Source: a virus
Strand: one strand, 5' to 3'
IMG/VR virus record: IMGVR_UViG_3300024255_000002
DNA length: 64,000 nt
The position numbers and the translations under genes are program-made. The notes beneath the pieces were generated by a model, which had not been told where the DNA came from, ran no database searches, and was given only the letters and a program-made list of their open reading frames with translations. Positions 1-9,911 of this stretch are shown in pieces. Each line of letters opens with the position of its first letter. Positions within the stretch are counted from its first letter, which is position 1.

Positions 1-408
1 AACTATACATTAGAACGACTAAAGTTAGAACAAATGATTTGTTTTTGTCTGTTATTTGAAGACGATAAAATAGTAGGGTTTAGTGGTTTACAAAAATTTG
101 AAGGCAATACAGCTAGAGTAAATAGTAGATGTTATATAACGCCTGAATACAGACAATACAAAGTAAGAAGTGAAAGAATAAGATATCCTTGGAAATATCT
201 TGCACCGTATCAAATTAAAGTTGCAGAAAAATTAGGTTATACAAAATTGTTTTGGTCTACTGAATTATATAAACGACCAGAAAAGACTATGAATTTAACT
301 ATTGAATATGCCACACAATATATACCAGAGGGATGGCAATATAAAAGATTAGGTCATAAAGATATTAACGGAGTTAAACAAGAAGTATGCGAGATATTGA
401 AATCATAG
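1..408 (+). CDS. GNAT-like acetyltransferase (5'-truncated; frame open to window start)
   Basis: Frame 1 is open from base 1 (NYTLERLKLEQMICF...); 'IVGFSGL..ARVNSRCYITPEYR...A.KLGY..LFWS' is a GNAT-like pattern. Confidence 0.5.
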   Translation, partial: NYTLERLKLEQMICFCLLFEDDKIVGFSGLQKFEGNTARVNSRCYITPEYRQYKVRSERIRYPWKYLAPYQIKVAEKLGYTKLFWSTELYKRPEKTMNLTIEYATQYIPEGWQYKRLGHKDINGVKQEVCEILKS

Positions 409-1010
409 ATGATATAAAAAGTTTAGATGACGCTAAACAATATATGACAAAGTATGGCATAGTCAAAGATATGATTGACTTACCTGAAATTACATCTAAA
501 GAAACTGAAGACATACCTAATCAACTATGGCACCAAGATGGTTTACAAACTGAAAATCAACCTAACTATCAGGCATTATATTGTAAGATGGCGTCAAGTG
601 ATTGCCCTAGCACACAATATATTTCAACTAGAATATCAGATGATCTAGGTAAAAAATATGAGGGTCTAAAATGTAAATTTAATTTTAAAAAACCTATTGA
701 TGAAGGTAGATTTTATAAGTTTGATAGTAAGTTAGATCAAAGATTATATTTAAGAAGAATTTATAAAGGTGAAAAAGACCTTATAGGTAAAGATGAACAA
801 GGTTATTTTACAAGATGGAATGAAATGGCAGTATTAGATGGAGACGTATATAAAGAATTAGAAGATGCTGTAATGTCAAATAAAATTGAAGAAGTAGAAT
901 GGAAAACAAACAGATTGGTTATTGCAAATAATTTTACATTATTACATAGAAGAACACCCTATAAAAATGCAACAGGAGAAAGAATTATATGTCGAGCTTA
1001 TGTCCAGTAA
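387..1010 (+). CDS. TauD/TfdA-like Fe(II)/2OG dioxygenase
   Basis: WHQDG (HxD), 'YQALYC', C-terminal 'W....LVIANNFTLLHRR ... R.I.R'. Confidence 0.7.
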   Translation: MRDIEIIDDIKSLDDAKQYMTKYGIVKDMIDLPEITSKETEDIPNQLWHQDGLQTENQPNYQALYCKMASSDCPSTQYISTRISDDLGKKYEGLKCKFNFKKPIDEGRFYKFDSKLDQRLYLRRIYKGEKDLIGKDEQGYFTRWNEMAVLDGDVYKELEDAVMSNKIEEVEWKTNRLVIANNFTLLHRRTPYKNATGERIICRAYVQ

Positions 1011-1507
1011 CTTTTCTTAATTTAGAACATCTTATTGATAGAGATGGATTAAGAGAAGATATGGAGTGTCAAACGTTTATTCCTTTTTCATCTTCATATG
1101 CAAATCAAGGATTTTTTAAACACGCCCCATTTTGGGAACAAGCAAGATTAGATAAGTTACCTAAACACGAAGTTCCATTTGTAAGTAAAGTAAATCAGTT
1201 GATTAAAGCAAGTCCAAGATTTTATAAACAGCACGCTAACCATAACGTGCCAGCACACAAAGATATTGATACTCTATGTTGTGTTAATATTTTAATCACA
1301 AAAGATAATGCGCCTGTTCATTTTGAAGATTGGGGAGATTACACATATCATTGTGCTTTATTAAATGTTACCCATAGACATAGAGTTGATCCTTGGCCAA
1401 AAGAAAGACATTTATTAAAGTTAAGTATATTTGATAGAACCTATGAGCAGGTAAGAGAAGAATTAAAAGATTATATTTTACCTCATCAAGGATTTGTTCA
1501 ACAATGA
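989..1507 (+). CDS. putative 2OG-Fe(II) oxygenase / cupin-fold protein
   Basis: 'PRFY...VPAHKD' HxD motif, distal 'HRV', then 'ERHLLK'. Confidence 0.55.
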   Translation: MSSLCPVTFLNLEHLIDRDGLREDMECQTFIPFSSSYANQGFFKHAPFWEQARLDKLPKHEVPFVSKVNQLIKASPRFYKQHANHNVPAHKDIDTLCCVNILITKDNAPVHFEDWGDYTYHCALLNVTHRHRVDPWPKERHLLKLSIFDRTYEQVREELKDYILPHQGFVQQ

Positions 1508-2076
1508 TAGCTCATTTAAATTATCAAGTAGATAAAGAACACTACAAAAAAATATTTTTTGATAGATACGATACTGGTGGATGGCACAAAGAAGGAGATG
1601 TTGTTTTAGATTATTGGTGGAAAGTTTTTAATATAGATAATGAAGTAATGCCAATAACTAAAGATTTAGGCATTGAAGATTTAGTAACTAAGCCTAGATT
1701 TTCATATCAGTTTCCAAACTCAACATTGCCCAGCCATATAGATCAGGATCGAATAATTGGTATTAATATTAATTTAATGCCAACATCACCAATTATTATT
1801 ATTAATAATAAATCTTATGAATATGAAAATTGTTTAGTGGATGTTGGTTCTAAAATACATTCTGTAGTTGCCGATGATAATCCTAGACTTGTTTTAAAAT
1901 ATGCTATAAGAAGCACATGGTCAGAAATCTATAATAGATTAAATACAAGAGGTCTTATAGACCATAAAAAAACAAAAAAAAATAACACAAATTATAGTAG
2001 TTACATATCTAATATTTTATTAAAAGATATTAAATATGTTAGAAATCAAGGCTCAATAGTAAAAAATAAAGTATAA
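1504..2076 (+). CDS. putative 2OG-Fe(II) oxygenase, paralogue of upstream gene
   Basis: 'PRFSY...LPSHID' HxD motif, 'IHSV....PRLVLK'. Confidence 0.55.
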   Translation: MIAHLNYQVDKEHYKKIFFDRYDTGGWHKEGDVVLDYWWKVFNIDNEVMPITKDLGIEDLVTKPRFSYQFPNSTLPSHIDQDRIIGININLMPTSPIIIINNKSYEYENCLVDVGSKIHSVVADDNPRLVLKYAIRSTWSEIYNRLNTRGLIDHKKTKKNNTNYSSYISNILLKDIKYVRNQGSIVKNKV

Positions 2077-2079
2077 ATA
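2072..2079 (+). promoter_or_regulatory. T4-type late promoter TATAAATA, 5 nt upstream of ATG 2085
   Basis: Exact gp55 -10 consensus. Confidence 0.8.
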
Positions 2080-2084
2080 ATAGT

Positions 2085-2423
2085 ATGGCAGCTACAGCAA
2101 ACTTAGTAATAGATCAAGGATCAACCTTTGTAACAGATATAGCAATTAAAGGTGCTGATGGAAATTCAGCAAATTTAACAAACTATACTACATGTGCCAA
2201 AATGGCAAAAGGTTATGCTTCGACAAGAACTAGAGTGGAAATGACCACCTCAGTTGTTAACCCAACAGGTGGTATTATTCGTATATCATTAACTGCTGAT
2301 CAAACGGCGGCTTTAGAAGCGCCTGCAAGATATGTTTTTGATATAGAGGCAACATCACCAGATAGTACAGTTTCCAGAGTTGTAGAAGGCATAATACTGG
2401 TCAGACCAAACGTTTGTATTTGA
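2085..2423 (+). CDS. virion structural protein (baseplate/tail associated)
   Basis: 'ANLVIDQGSTF...LTADQTAAL..RYVFDIE...RVVEGII.V.P' is typical of marine T4-like structural proteins; late promoter upstream. Confidence 0.6.
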   Translation: MAATANLVIDQGSTFVTDIAIKGADGNSANLTNYTTCAKMAKGYASTRTRVEMTTSVVNPTGGIIRISLTADQTAALEAPARYVFDIEATSPDSTVSRVVEGIILVRPNVCI

Positions 2424-2465
2424 TTATAAATACAACATATATTAATATATAATAAGGAGTAAATT

Positions 2466-2756
2466 ATGAGTAGTGAAACAAACAAAGTTGAACAACCAAA
2501 AGAACCAAGTATCTTTATCAATGGTAAAGAGTACAAACAAAGTGAATTATCACAAGCCTGCCTTGCTTACATCACCGTAAGACAAGATTTAGTGGGTAAC
2601 AGAAATAAACATCTATTAGAAATCGAAAAAATTGATGTTTTAACTAAACACTTTGACAGTAAAATAGAGAAAGAGTTAGAAACTCTTAACAAAACAGAAA
2701 CTACTACTGAAACTGCCGTGGAAGAAACACCTAAAGCAGACAACGTAGCATCTTAA
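2466..2756 (+). CDS. hypothetical coiled-coil protein
   Basis: ORF with SD aaggag; late promoter at 2425-2432. Confidence 0.7.
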   Translation: MSSETNKVEQPKEPSIFINGKEYKQSELSQACLAYITVRQDLVGNRNKHLLEIEKIDVLTKHFDSKIEKELETLNKTETTTETAVEETPKADNVAS

Positions 2757-2852
2757 AAATAATCTATTTTTTCTTAAAAAATCAGTAAATTAGATCCTCT
2801 CAATCATATAAATATTATAAATATAAGTATCTTATATAAGAGAGAGGATTTA

Positions 2853-3074
2853 ATGTCAGTAAACAAGTTATTTGTAACTTCCGGACTAGTAACAGTCACA
2901 ACACCTTCAATAGGTACCACATCAACTTCAGTTTCCGCTTTAGGCGATGTCGATTTATCTGAATTGGGGGATGGCGCTGTTTTACAATGGAACAATAATA
3001 CTAAAAAATGGACAAGTAGAACTGAAATAAAAACTGATACCGGCGAATTAATCCTCAACGCAGGTTTTTATTAA
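2853..3074 (+). CDS. small tail-fibre-associated protein
   Basis: 'LGDVD...GAVLQWN..TKKW' fibre motif; tandem TATAAATA at 2807 and 2816; SD gagga. Confidence 0.55.
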   Translation: MSVNKLFVTSGLVTVTTPSIGTTSTSVSALGDVDLSELGDGAVLQWNNNTKKWTSRTEIKTDTGELILNAGFY

Positions 3075-3107
3075 CAACAAAATTAATTATTTTTAGGAGA
3101 GATAGAC

Positions 3108-5120
3108 ATGTCAACAATAATTAAAATAAAACGATCAGGCTCTACGGGTTCACCTACAGCATTAGGTGCTGGGGAACTTGCCTATTCATGGAGTACAAAT
3201 AAACTCTATGTAGGTTATGGGACTGAAACAGGTGGTGCAGCTGCCAATATCGGAGAAATAGGTGGTACTTATTATACTGACTTTTTTCCAACTACGGCTG
3301 GAACTGTCGAAGCAAGTAAACTACTTTTAGTAGATTCAAACAAAAAATTAAACGAGTTATTAGTAGATAATTTAACTATAGACGGAAATACAATTACATC
3401 AACAACTGGTGACATTGTATTATCTTCAAATGGTGATATTGATGCTAATAGTAATGTAATCAAAAACGTAACTGATCCTTCAAATGATCAGGATGCTGCT
3501 ACAAAAAAATATGTAGATGATAATCTAGCAGATTTAGGTGGCGCTATGACTATCGCTGATGATAGTTCAAGTACAATTGAAATTCTATTCAATACTGAAG
3601 ACTTGACTATGGCAGGTGGAACTGGTATTAATTCTTCAGTAAGTGGTAACACAGTAACTTACTCAATTGATAACACAGTTGTTACATTAGACGACACTCA
3701 AACATTAACAAACAAAACATTAACAAGTCCTGTTATTGGAACAATTTCTAATACTGGAACGTTAACGTTACCTACTTCAACTGATACACTAGTTGGTAAA
3801 GCAACAACTGATACGTTCACAAACAAATCAATTGACTTGTCAACTAACACTGTAACAGGTACAACTGCTGAATTCAATACTGCATTGTCTGATGGTTCAT
3901 TCTCAACTTTAGATGGAACTGAAACATTAACAAACAAAACTATTGATTTAACAGACAATACATTATCTGGAACAACTGCTGAATTTAATGCAGCTTTATC
4001 TGATAATGATTTTGCTACATTGGCAGGAACAGAAACATTAACAAATAAAACTTTAACAGAAGCTAAAATTGCTGATGCTGGTTTTATTGCTGATGCTAAT
4101 GGTAACGAACAAATTATCTTTACAACAACTACAGGTGCTGTAAACTCATTAAAAGTAACAAACTCTGCTACTGGAACAGGTGTAGAAATTGCTTCTGTTG
4201 GTGATGATACAAACATTGATTTAGTATTAAATGCTAAAGGAACTGGTTCAGTTGATGTAAACGATAAGAAAATTATTAACCTTGCATTACCAACGCAAGA
4301 CCAAGACGCAGCTAGTAAAGCATACGTTGACAGTGTTGCAAATGGTTTAGATGTTAAAGATTCAGTTAGAGTTGCTACAACTTCAGCTGGTACTTTAGCT
4401 TCAAACTTTTCAAATGGTGATACTATTGATGGTATTACACTTGCAACAGGTGATAGAATCTTAATTAAAGATCAATCAACTGGTTCTGAAAATGGTATCT
4501 ATGTAGTTAACGCTTCAGGTGCTCCAACAAGAGCTGAAGATTTTGACTCAGATGCTGGTGTTAGTTCAGGTGCATTTACATTTGTTGAAGAAGGAACAGT
4601 AAACGCTGATAGTGGTTATGTATTATCAACTGATGGTGCAATCACAATTGATACAACTGCATTAGTATTTACACAGTTCTCTGGTGCTGGTTCAGTAACA
4701 GCTGGTGCTGCTTTAACAAAAACTGGAAATACTTTAGATGTTGCTGTTGATAACTCAACAATCGAAGTTACTTCGGATGCGTTAAATGTAAAAGATGCTG
4801 GTATTGGTGCTAGTCAATTAGCTACTAATGCTGTTACAACTGATAAAATTTTAGACAGTAACGTAACTAACGCAAAACTGGCTAACAGTTCAATTAGTTT
4901 TGAAGACGAAACAGCAACTGCTGGTTCAGTTTCACTTGGTGGAACTTTAGAGTTCTTAGCTGGTGAAGGTATCTCAACAACTGCTAGTGGTTCTACACTA
5001 ACAATTGCTGGTGAATTAGCAACAAACTCAAACATTGGTGTTGCTTCATTCAGTTCAGATAACTTTACTGTATCAAGTGGTGACGTAACAGTTACAGCAA
5101 TTGATGGTGGATCTTACTAA
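3108..5120 (+). CDS. tail fibre / baseplate-distal structural protein
   Basis: N-terminal 'IKIKRS..P..L..GELAY' fibre head; two 'DAA(T/S)K.YVD' motifs; TLTNKT repeats; G/T/S-rich; ends IDGGSY. Confidence 0.8.
   Translation: MSTIIKIKRSGSTGSPTALGAGELAYSWSTNKLYVGYGTETGGAAANIGEIGGTYYTDFFPTTAGTVEASKLLLVDSNKKLNELLVDNLTIDGNTITSTTGDIVLSSNGDIDANSNVIKNVTDPSNDQDAATKKYVDDNLADLGGAMTIADDSSSTIEILFNTEDLTMAGGTGINSSVSGNTVTYSIDNTVVTLDDTQTLTNKTLTSPVIGTISNTGTLTLPTSTDTLVGKATTDTFTNKSIDLSTNTVTGTTAEFNTALSDGSFSTLDGTETLTNKTIDLTDNTLSGTTAEFNAALSDNDFATLAGTETLTNKTLTEAKIADAGFIADANGNEQIIFTTTTGAVNSLKVTNSATGTGVEIASVGDDTNIDLVLNAKGTGSVDVNDKKIINLALPTQDQDAASKAYVDSVANGLDVKDSVRVATTSAGTLASNFSNGDTIDGITLATGDRILIKDQSTGSENGIYVVNASGAPTRAEDFDSDAGVSSGAFTFVEEGTVNADSGYVLSTDGAITIDTTALVFTQFSGAGSVTAGAALTKTGNTLDVAVDNSTIEVTSDALNVKDAGIGASQLATNAVTTDKILDSNVTNAKLANSSISFEDETATAGSVSLGGTLEFLAGEGISTTASGSTLTIAGELATNSNIGVASFSSDNFTVSSGDVTVTAIDGGSY
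3697..4060 (+). repeat. intragenic TLTNKT / TTAEFN.ALSD repeats
   Basis: acattaacaaa(c/t)aaaac recurs three times; acaactgctgaatt(c/t)aat recurs twice. Confidence 0.7.
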
Positions 5121-5167
5121 TAATTAATTTTATTAATAAGAACCTGTCATTATAATATAAGGAATGT

Positions 5168-7879
5168 ATGGCTACTATAATAAAACCTAAACGAAGTGAA
5201 ACGTCAAGTTCAGCCCCTACGACTGCTAATCTTGCGGTCGGCGAAATAGCAATTAATACCGCCGACCAAAAGATATATACAAGAGATAGTGGTAACAACA
5301 TAGTAACTTTGGCACAACCAGGTTTATTAAACGTTGTGGAGGATACAACTCCACAACTAGGTGGCTCTTTAGATGTAAATGGTAATTTAATTACATCAAG
5401 TGCTGATATTCAACTAGACGCTGAAACTCAAATCAAATTAGACGCTAATTCTGCAGGAAATATATGGTTACAAGATAACGGAACAACATACGGTAAATTA
5501 TATAACTTCAATGGAATGAAGATTGAAAGTTCCATTTCTGATAATGATTTTCAAATATCAGTTAATGACGGTGGTAGTTTCATTAATGCACTTACTATTG
5601 ACGCTTCAGAGGAAGGTGATGCTACATTTAACTCTAACATATTTTTAGGTGATGATAAAAAAGTAAACTTCGGTGCTGATAGTGATTTACAGATTTACCA
5701 TGATGGCACTAACAGTTATATTGATGACGCAGGAACAGGTACAATATTTTATAGATCAGGAACACAAACATTTCAAAATGCTGCTGGTTCAAAAACAATG
5801 GCAGTGTTCAATGCGGCCACTTCCGTTGATTTAAGTTACGACAACAACATAAAATTTCAAACAACAACTGATGGTACACTTACATGTGGATCATCTACAA
5901 TAACTGACGGAACAGTTTCTTGGCCTTTTGCTTCAAAATCTGATAACTTACATATAGGAACAGACGCAAGTTGTTCACTTACAACTGGTACTAACAACAT
6001 TGCCGTAGGTTGTCAATCATTAAAATTAAACGAGGATGGTGCAAATAACATTGCCATCGGACAAAATTCTTTGTGTTGTGCTACAACACCTTCATGTAAC
6101 ATAGTAATAGGTAAAAATTCTTTATGTGCTTCAGATGAATGTACATTTGTTGGTTGTTGGAATGGTTCTTCATATCCAACAATAACACGATCAACAGAAA
6201 AAAATATAGTTATAGGTAATAATCTTATTACAAATGAGACTATGGCCCACAATAACACGATTATAGGGCACGACATTGCTACTGCTTCTGCTTCATATAT
6301 CTGTACTTGGGGATGTACTTGTACTTGTAACGGACTGTCAGCAATTCCTTATGATGAAAAAACAGCAAATAATAATACATTAATTGGTAATTGTATAGCT
6401 CCTTATTCTAGTAGAGTAGATAAAAATGTTATAATTGGATCATGTATTAATACCGACACTCAAGCACTTGCTAGTGTAAGTAATTCACAAATTTTTGGTT
6501 ACAATGTATTAAATTGTTCTGCAACATCGGGTGTCTGTTGTAACAGTTATGGTGGTAAGATAGAAAATTCTTTTATTTCTGGTACTTGCTTGTTTGATGG
6601 CCATGAAGTACAAACGCTTCTGCAAAACGTTATTATTGGTAGTGAAATCGGTTCTTCATCTTGTTTTCATCAACTTGGACCAAAAGATCCAAATAGTGAA
6701 TACGATTGTTGTGTACAATATCGGGACAGTATAATACTTGGTGCCTGTGCCTCACAGTGGGCATGGTGGAACCAATGTAGTGTTACCATTGGTAGTTCTG
6801 CTGGACTGGCACACAGCGTGAGTGATTATAACACTTATGTTGGAGCTGATTCTGGTGCTGGCTCGCCTAATTCACTATATACAAAAGAAAGAAACCTTAA
6901 AGGTTATTATAACACCGCTATTGGTACAGGTGCAATGGGCAATATGGGAGGAGACTGTGATACGAATGGTGATGACTTAATTATTTGTAGCAACACTGCC
7001 GTTGGTTCTGGTACTTTAAGTTATGTTGCTGGATGTGGAAATGTTGCAATTGGTAGATCCTCGTCTATGCTTTTGCGTAACGGAGATGATAATACAACTA
7101 TTGGATTCTGCTCTGGAATTCTTTTAGGATGTAGTGGTACAGCTGCATGTGATAACGTTCTTATTGGAAAAAGTGCTGGAAGTTTACTCGTTTCAGGATC
7201 GTGTAATATTGTTATCGGAGCTGACGTTGAAGCTTCATCCAATTCAGTTTCAAATGAAACTACTATTGGTGGTGCATGTTTAAGATTTCCAGGACTTCAA
7301 TCATCTGCTACAGACGGCCAAGTTTTAACATATTGTTCAACAAATGACAATATAGTATTTAAAGATGCTGGTGGTATGTCATGGGCAATATGCACATCAA
7401 ACTTTACAGCAGTTGCTGGTGAAGGATACTTTATAGATACATCTAGTTCTACCATAACATCAACTTTACCTGCGTCAGCAACTTTAGGTGATCAAATTCA
7501 CTTTAAAGATTACAACGATACGTTTGATACAAATAATTTAACAGTAGGTAGAAACTCACACAATATTGAAGGTTCTGCAACTGATTTACCAGTCAGCACT
7601 GAAGGTGCTGGATTTACTTTAGTATATGTAGATAATACTAGAGGATGGGTACATAAACACAAAATTGATGAACAATCATTTTTTAATGATTCAACTATAA
7701 CTATAACACCTGGTTCTGAAGGTAACTTTGATTTAAGTTTTGATCCGGATCAAACTACACAGGAAACACCATTTGAATCTGGAGGTGTTGACGCTTTTGG
7801 CGTTGCTGTATCTAGCTATCAATATAGTTTGATGGATCCAGTAAATGAATTAATAAACGTAGATTTAGGAGAGTTTTAA
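5168..7879 (+). CDS. long tail fibre with Cys-rich beta-helix/YadA-like N(T/I)(A/V)IG repeats
   Basis: 'IKPKRSE..P...L..GEIAIN..D' head; DTTPQLGG motif; many NxxIG repeats; C-terminal FTAVAGEGYFIDT module. Confidence 0.75.
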   Translation: MATIIKPKRSETSSSAPTTANLAVGEIAINTADQKIYTRDSGNNIVTLAQPGLLNVVEDTTPQLGGSLDVNGNLITSSADIQLDAETQIKLDANSAGNIWLQDNGTTYGKLYNFNGMKIESSISDNDFQISVNDGGSFINALTIDASEEGDATFNSNIFLGDDKKVNFGADSDLQIYHDGTNSYIDDAGTGTIFYRSGTQTFQNAAGSKTMAVFNAATSVDLSYDNNIKFQTTTDGTLTCGSSTITDGTVSWPFASKSDNLHIGTDASCSLTTGTNNIAVGCQSLKLNEDGANNIAIGQNSLCCATTPSCNIVIGKNSLCASDECTFVGCWNGSSYPTITRSTEKNIVIGNNLITNETMAHNNTIIGHDIATASASYICTWGCTCTCNGLSAIPYDEKTANNNTLIGNCIAPYSSRVDKNVIIGSCINTDTQALASVSNSQIFGYNVLNCSATSGVCCNSYGGKIENSFISGTCLFDGHEVQTLLQNVIIGSEIGSSSCFHQLGPKDPNSEYDCCVQYRDSIILGACASQWAWWNQCSVTIGSSAGLAHSVSDYNTYVGADSGAGSPNSLYTKERNLKGYYNTAIGTGAMGNMGGDCDTNGDDLIICSNTAVGSGTLSYVAGCGNVAIGRSSSMLLRNGDDNTTIGFCSGILLGCSGTAACDNVLIGKSAGSLLVSGSCNIVIGADVEASSNSVSNETTIGGACLRFPGLQSSATDGQVLTYCSTNDNIVFKDAGGMSWAICTSNFTAVAGEGYFIDTSSSTITSTLPASATLGDQIHFKDYNDTFDTNNLTVGRNSHNIEGSATDLPVSTEGAGFTLVYVDNTRGWVHKHKIDEQSFFNDSTITITPGSEGNFDLSFDPDQTTQETPFESGGVDAFGVAVSSYQYSLMDPVNELINVDLGEF

Positions 7880-7947
7880 TCAACTATCTTAATAAAAATA
7901 TATAAATATAAAGATAGTGGTATATAAATAAGTATAGGAGATATTAA

Positions 7948-8613
7948 ATGCCAACAATTTTAAAATTTAGAAGAGGAACAACTACACAGAATAACGCCTA
8001 TACAGGTGCTGCTGGTGAGTTGTCAATAGATACTTCTTTAAACCAAATTAGAGTACATGATGGATCAACTGCAGGTGGTACCACAGTGGGTGCCGGTGGG
8101 GAAGTTATAGATGATACAACACCGCAATTAGGTGGTAATTTAGATGTAAATGGCAATTCAATTGTATCTGCATCTAATGGAAATATAGCTATTACACCAA
8201 ATGGATCAGGAAACATTGTCCTTGACGGATTAACTTTTCCAAATGCTGATGGATCAGCAGATCAAGTTTTAAAAACAGATGGATCAGGTACTTTATCTTT
8301 TACAGATGTATCTGGTGGTACTTCATGGCAAGCAGTTAAAACATCAGCTTTCACAGCAGTTGCTGGAGAAGGATATTTTATAGACACAACTAGTGCAGCT
8401 ATCACAATGACATTACCAGCTTCTCCATCACAAGGTGATGAAGTTTCGTTTATTGATTATGCTGGAACAGCAGATACAAATGCAATTACTATTGCAAGAA
8501 ATGGATCAAATATATCTGGTTCAGCGTCAGATTTAACAGTTTCAGTTGAAAGAGCTGCAAATAGTTTAGTTTATGTTGATTCAACGCAAGGATGGTTATT
8601 AACAAGTAAATAG
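7948..8613 (+). CDS. short tail fibre protein
   Basis: 'LKFRRGTT.QN..YTG..GEL.ID...VHDG.TAGG' N-terminal fibre domain; DTTPQLGG; AGEGYFIDT module; late promoters at 7901 and 7923. Confidence 0.75.
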   Translation: MPTILKFRRGTTTQNNAYTGAAGELSIDTSLNQIRVHDGSTAGGTTVGAGGEVIDDTTPQLGGNLDVNGNSIVSASNGNIAITPNGSGNIVLDGLTFPNADGSADQVLKTDGSGTLSFTDVSGGTSWQAVKTSAFTAVAGEGYFIDTTSAAITMTLPASPSQGDEVSFIDYAGTADTNAITIARNGSNISGSASDLTVSVERAANSLVYVDSTQGWLLTSK

Positions 8614-8638
8614 AATTTAAATAAGAGGGAATAATAAA

Positions 8639-8956
8639 ATGGCAAAAACATATCAATATTGTGTAGCAGAAAATTGGGGAAAAGGGTTTATAACACACGA
8701 AGACTCTAGAGCTTTTTCAATTGCAGGATTTCCAGGTAATGTTTGGAGAGTGCCAGCATTCACACCAAAAGCAAATCTTTGGATTAATAAAGTGTTAGGA
8801 ACTCCTAAAACAAAAGACGAAGCACAAACAATTGTAAGTGCAGAAATTTCAACTCAACAAACAGAGTGGGACAATGATAATGTAGAAGGTGAAACTGCTG
8901 AACAAAAAAAAGGTAGACTTGGAGAAAGACCTGCTGATATAACATTAGTAGAATAA
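8639..8956 (+). CDS. hypothetical protein (possible fibre assembly factor)
   Basis: ORF with SD gaggga, between fibre genes. Confidence 0.6.
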   Translation: MAKTYQYCVAENWGKGFITHEDSRAFSIAGFPGNVWRVPAFTPKANLWINKVLGTPKTKDEAQTIVSAEISTQQTEWDNDNVEGETAEQKKGRLGERPADITLVE

Positions 8957-8990
8957 ATCCAATTCTAAAAAACTAGATTAGGAAAAAAAT

Positions 8991-9911
8991 ATGTCAGAAT
9001 ATAAAGAAATACACGGACAAAACATACAAGTAGTATCATCTGATCCATCTAATCCTCAAAATGGGCAAGTTTGGTATAACACAACATCTAGTACACTTAA
9101 AGTATCAAGTATTCAAACTGGTGGCGCTTGGTCATCAGGCGGTAATTTAAGTCATAATGTAATGTATGGTGGTGGCGCCGGAACTCAAACAGCAGGTTTG
9201 GCTTTTGGAGGACAAAGTTATACAGCAAATAGAACTGAAGAATATGACGGTTCATCATGGACAATTGGTGGAAATTTAGGATCAGCCCTTTATGATATGG
9301 GTGATGCTGGAACTCAAACAGCAGCTTTAGCATTTATGGGAGCAACTGAAGAATATGACGGTTCATCATGGACAGCAGGTGGAAATATGTCTCACTATGA
9401 TCGTGGTTTTAGTGGTACGGGAACTCAAACAGCAGCATTAGCTGTAGGTTCTGATCAAACTAGTACTGAAGAATATAACGGTACATCATGGACTGCTGGT
9501 GGAACTTATCCAGAAATTGCTTCTTTTGTGGGTATGGCTGGTCTTCAAACTGCAGGTATAGTGACAGGAGGAGCTGCTTATGCACCTTCACAAACGTCAA
9601 CTAATCATTATGATGGTACATCATGGACTGCTGGTGGAACTATGTCCACAGGTAGATATTTACACGCAATGGCAGGAGCAGGAACACAAACAGCAAGTTT
9701 AGTGTTTGGTGGGGAACCTTCAATTGCTAATACTGAACATTATGATGGTTCATCATGGACTGCTGGTGGAAACATGTCAACAGGTAGAGGTTATTTAGCT
9801 GGAGCAGGAACATTATCTGCAGGTTTAGCTATTGCTGGGTCCTTTTATTTGAATAGTACCGAAGAATATGCAGGTCCAGGTTCTGTTGTTGAAACTATAA
9901 CATCAAGTTAA
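8991..9911 (+). CDS. Kelch-like beta-propeller protein (putative receptor-binding/virion)
   Basis: Repeated 'GTQTA.L.FGG...TEEYDGSSWTAGG'; N-terminal 'SSDPSNP..GQVWYN'. Confidence 0.75.
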   Translation: MSEYKEIHGQNIQVVSSDPSNPQNGQVWYNTTSSTLKVSSIQTGGAWSSGGNLSHNVMYGGGAGTQTAGLAFGGQSYTANRTEEYDGSSWTIGGNLGSALYDMGDAGTQTAALAFMGATEEYDGSSWTAGGNMSHYDRGFSGTGTQTAALAVGSDQTSTEEYNGTSWTAGGTYPEIASFVGMAGLQTAGIVTGGAAYAPSQTSTNHYDGTSWTAGGTMSTGRYLHAMAGAGTQTASLVFGGEPSIANTEHYDGSSWTAGGNMSTGRGYLAGAGTLSAGLAIAGSFYLNSTEEYAGPGSVVETITSS

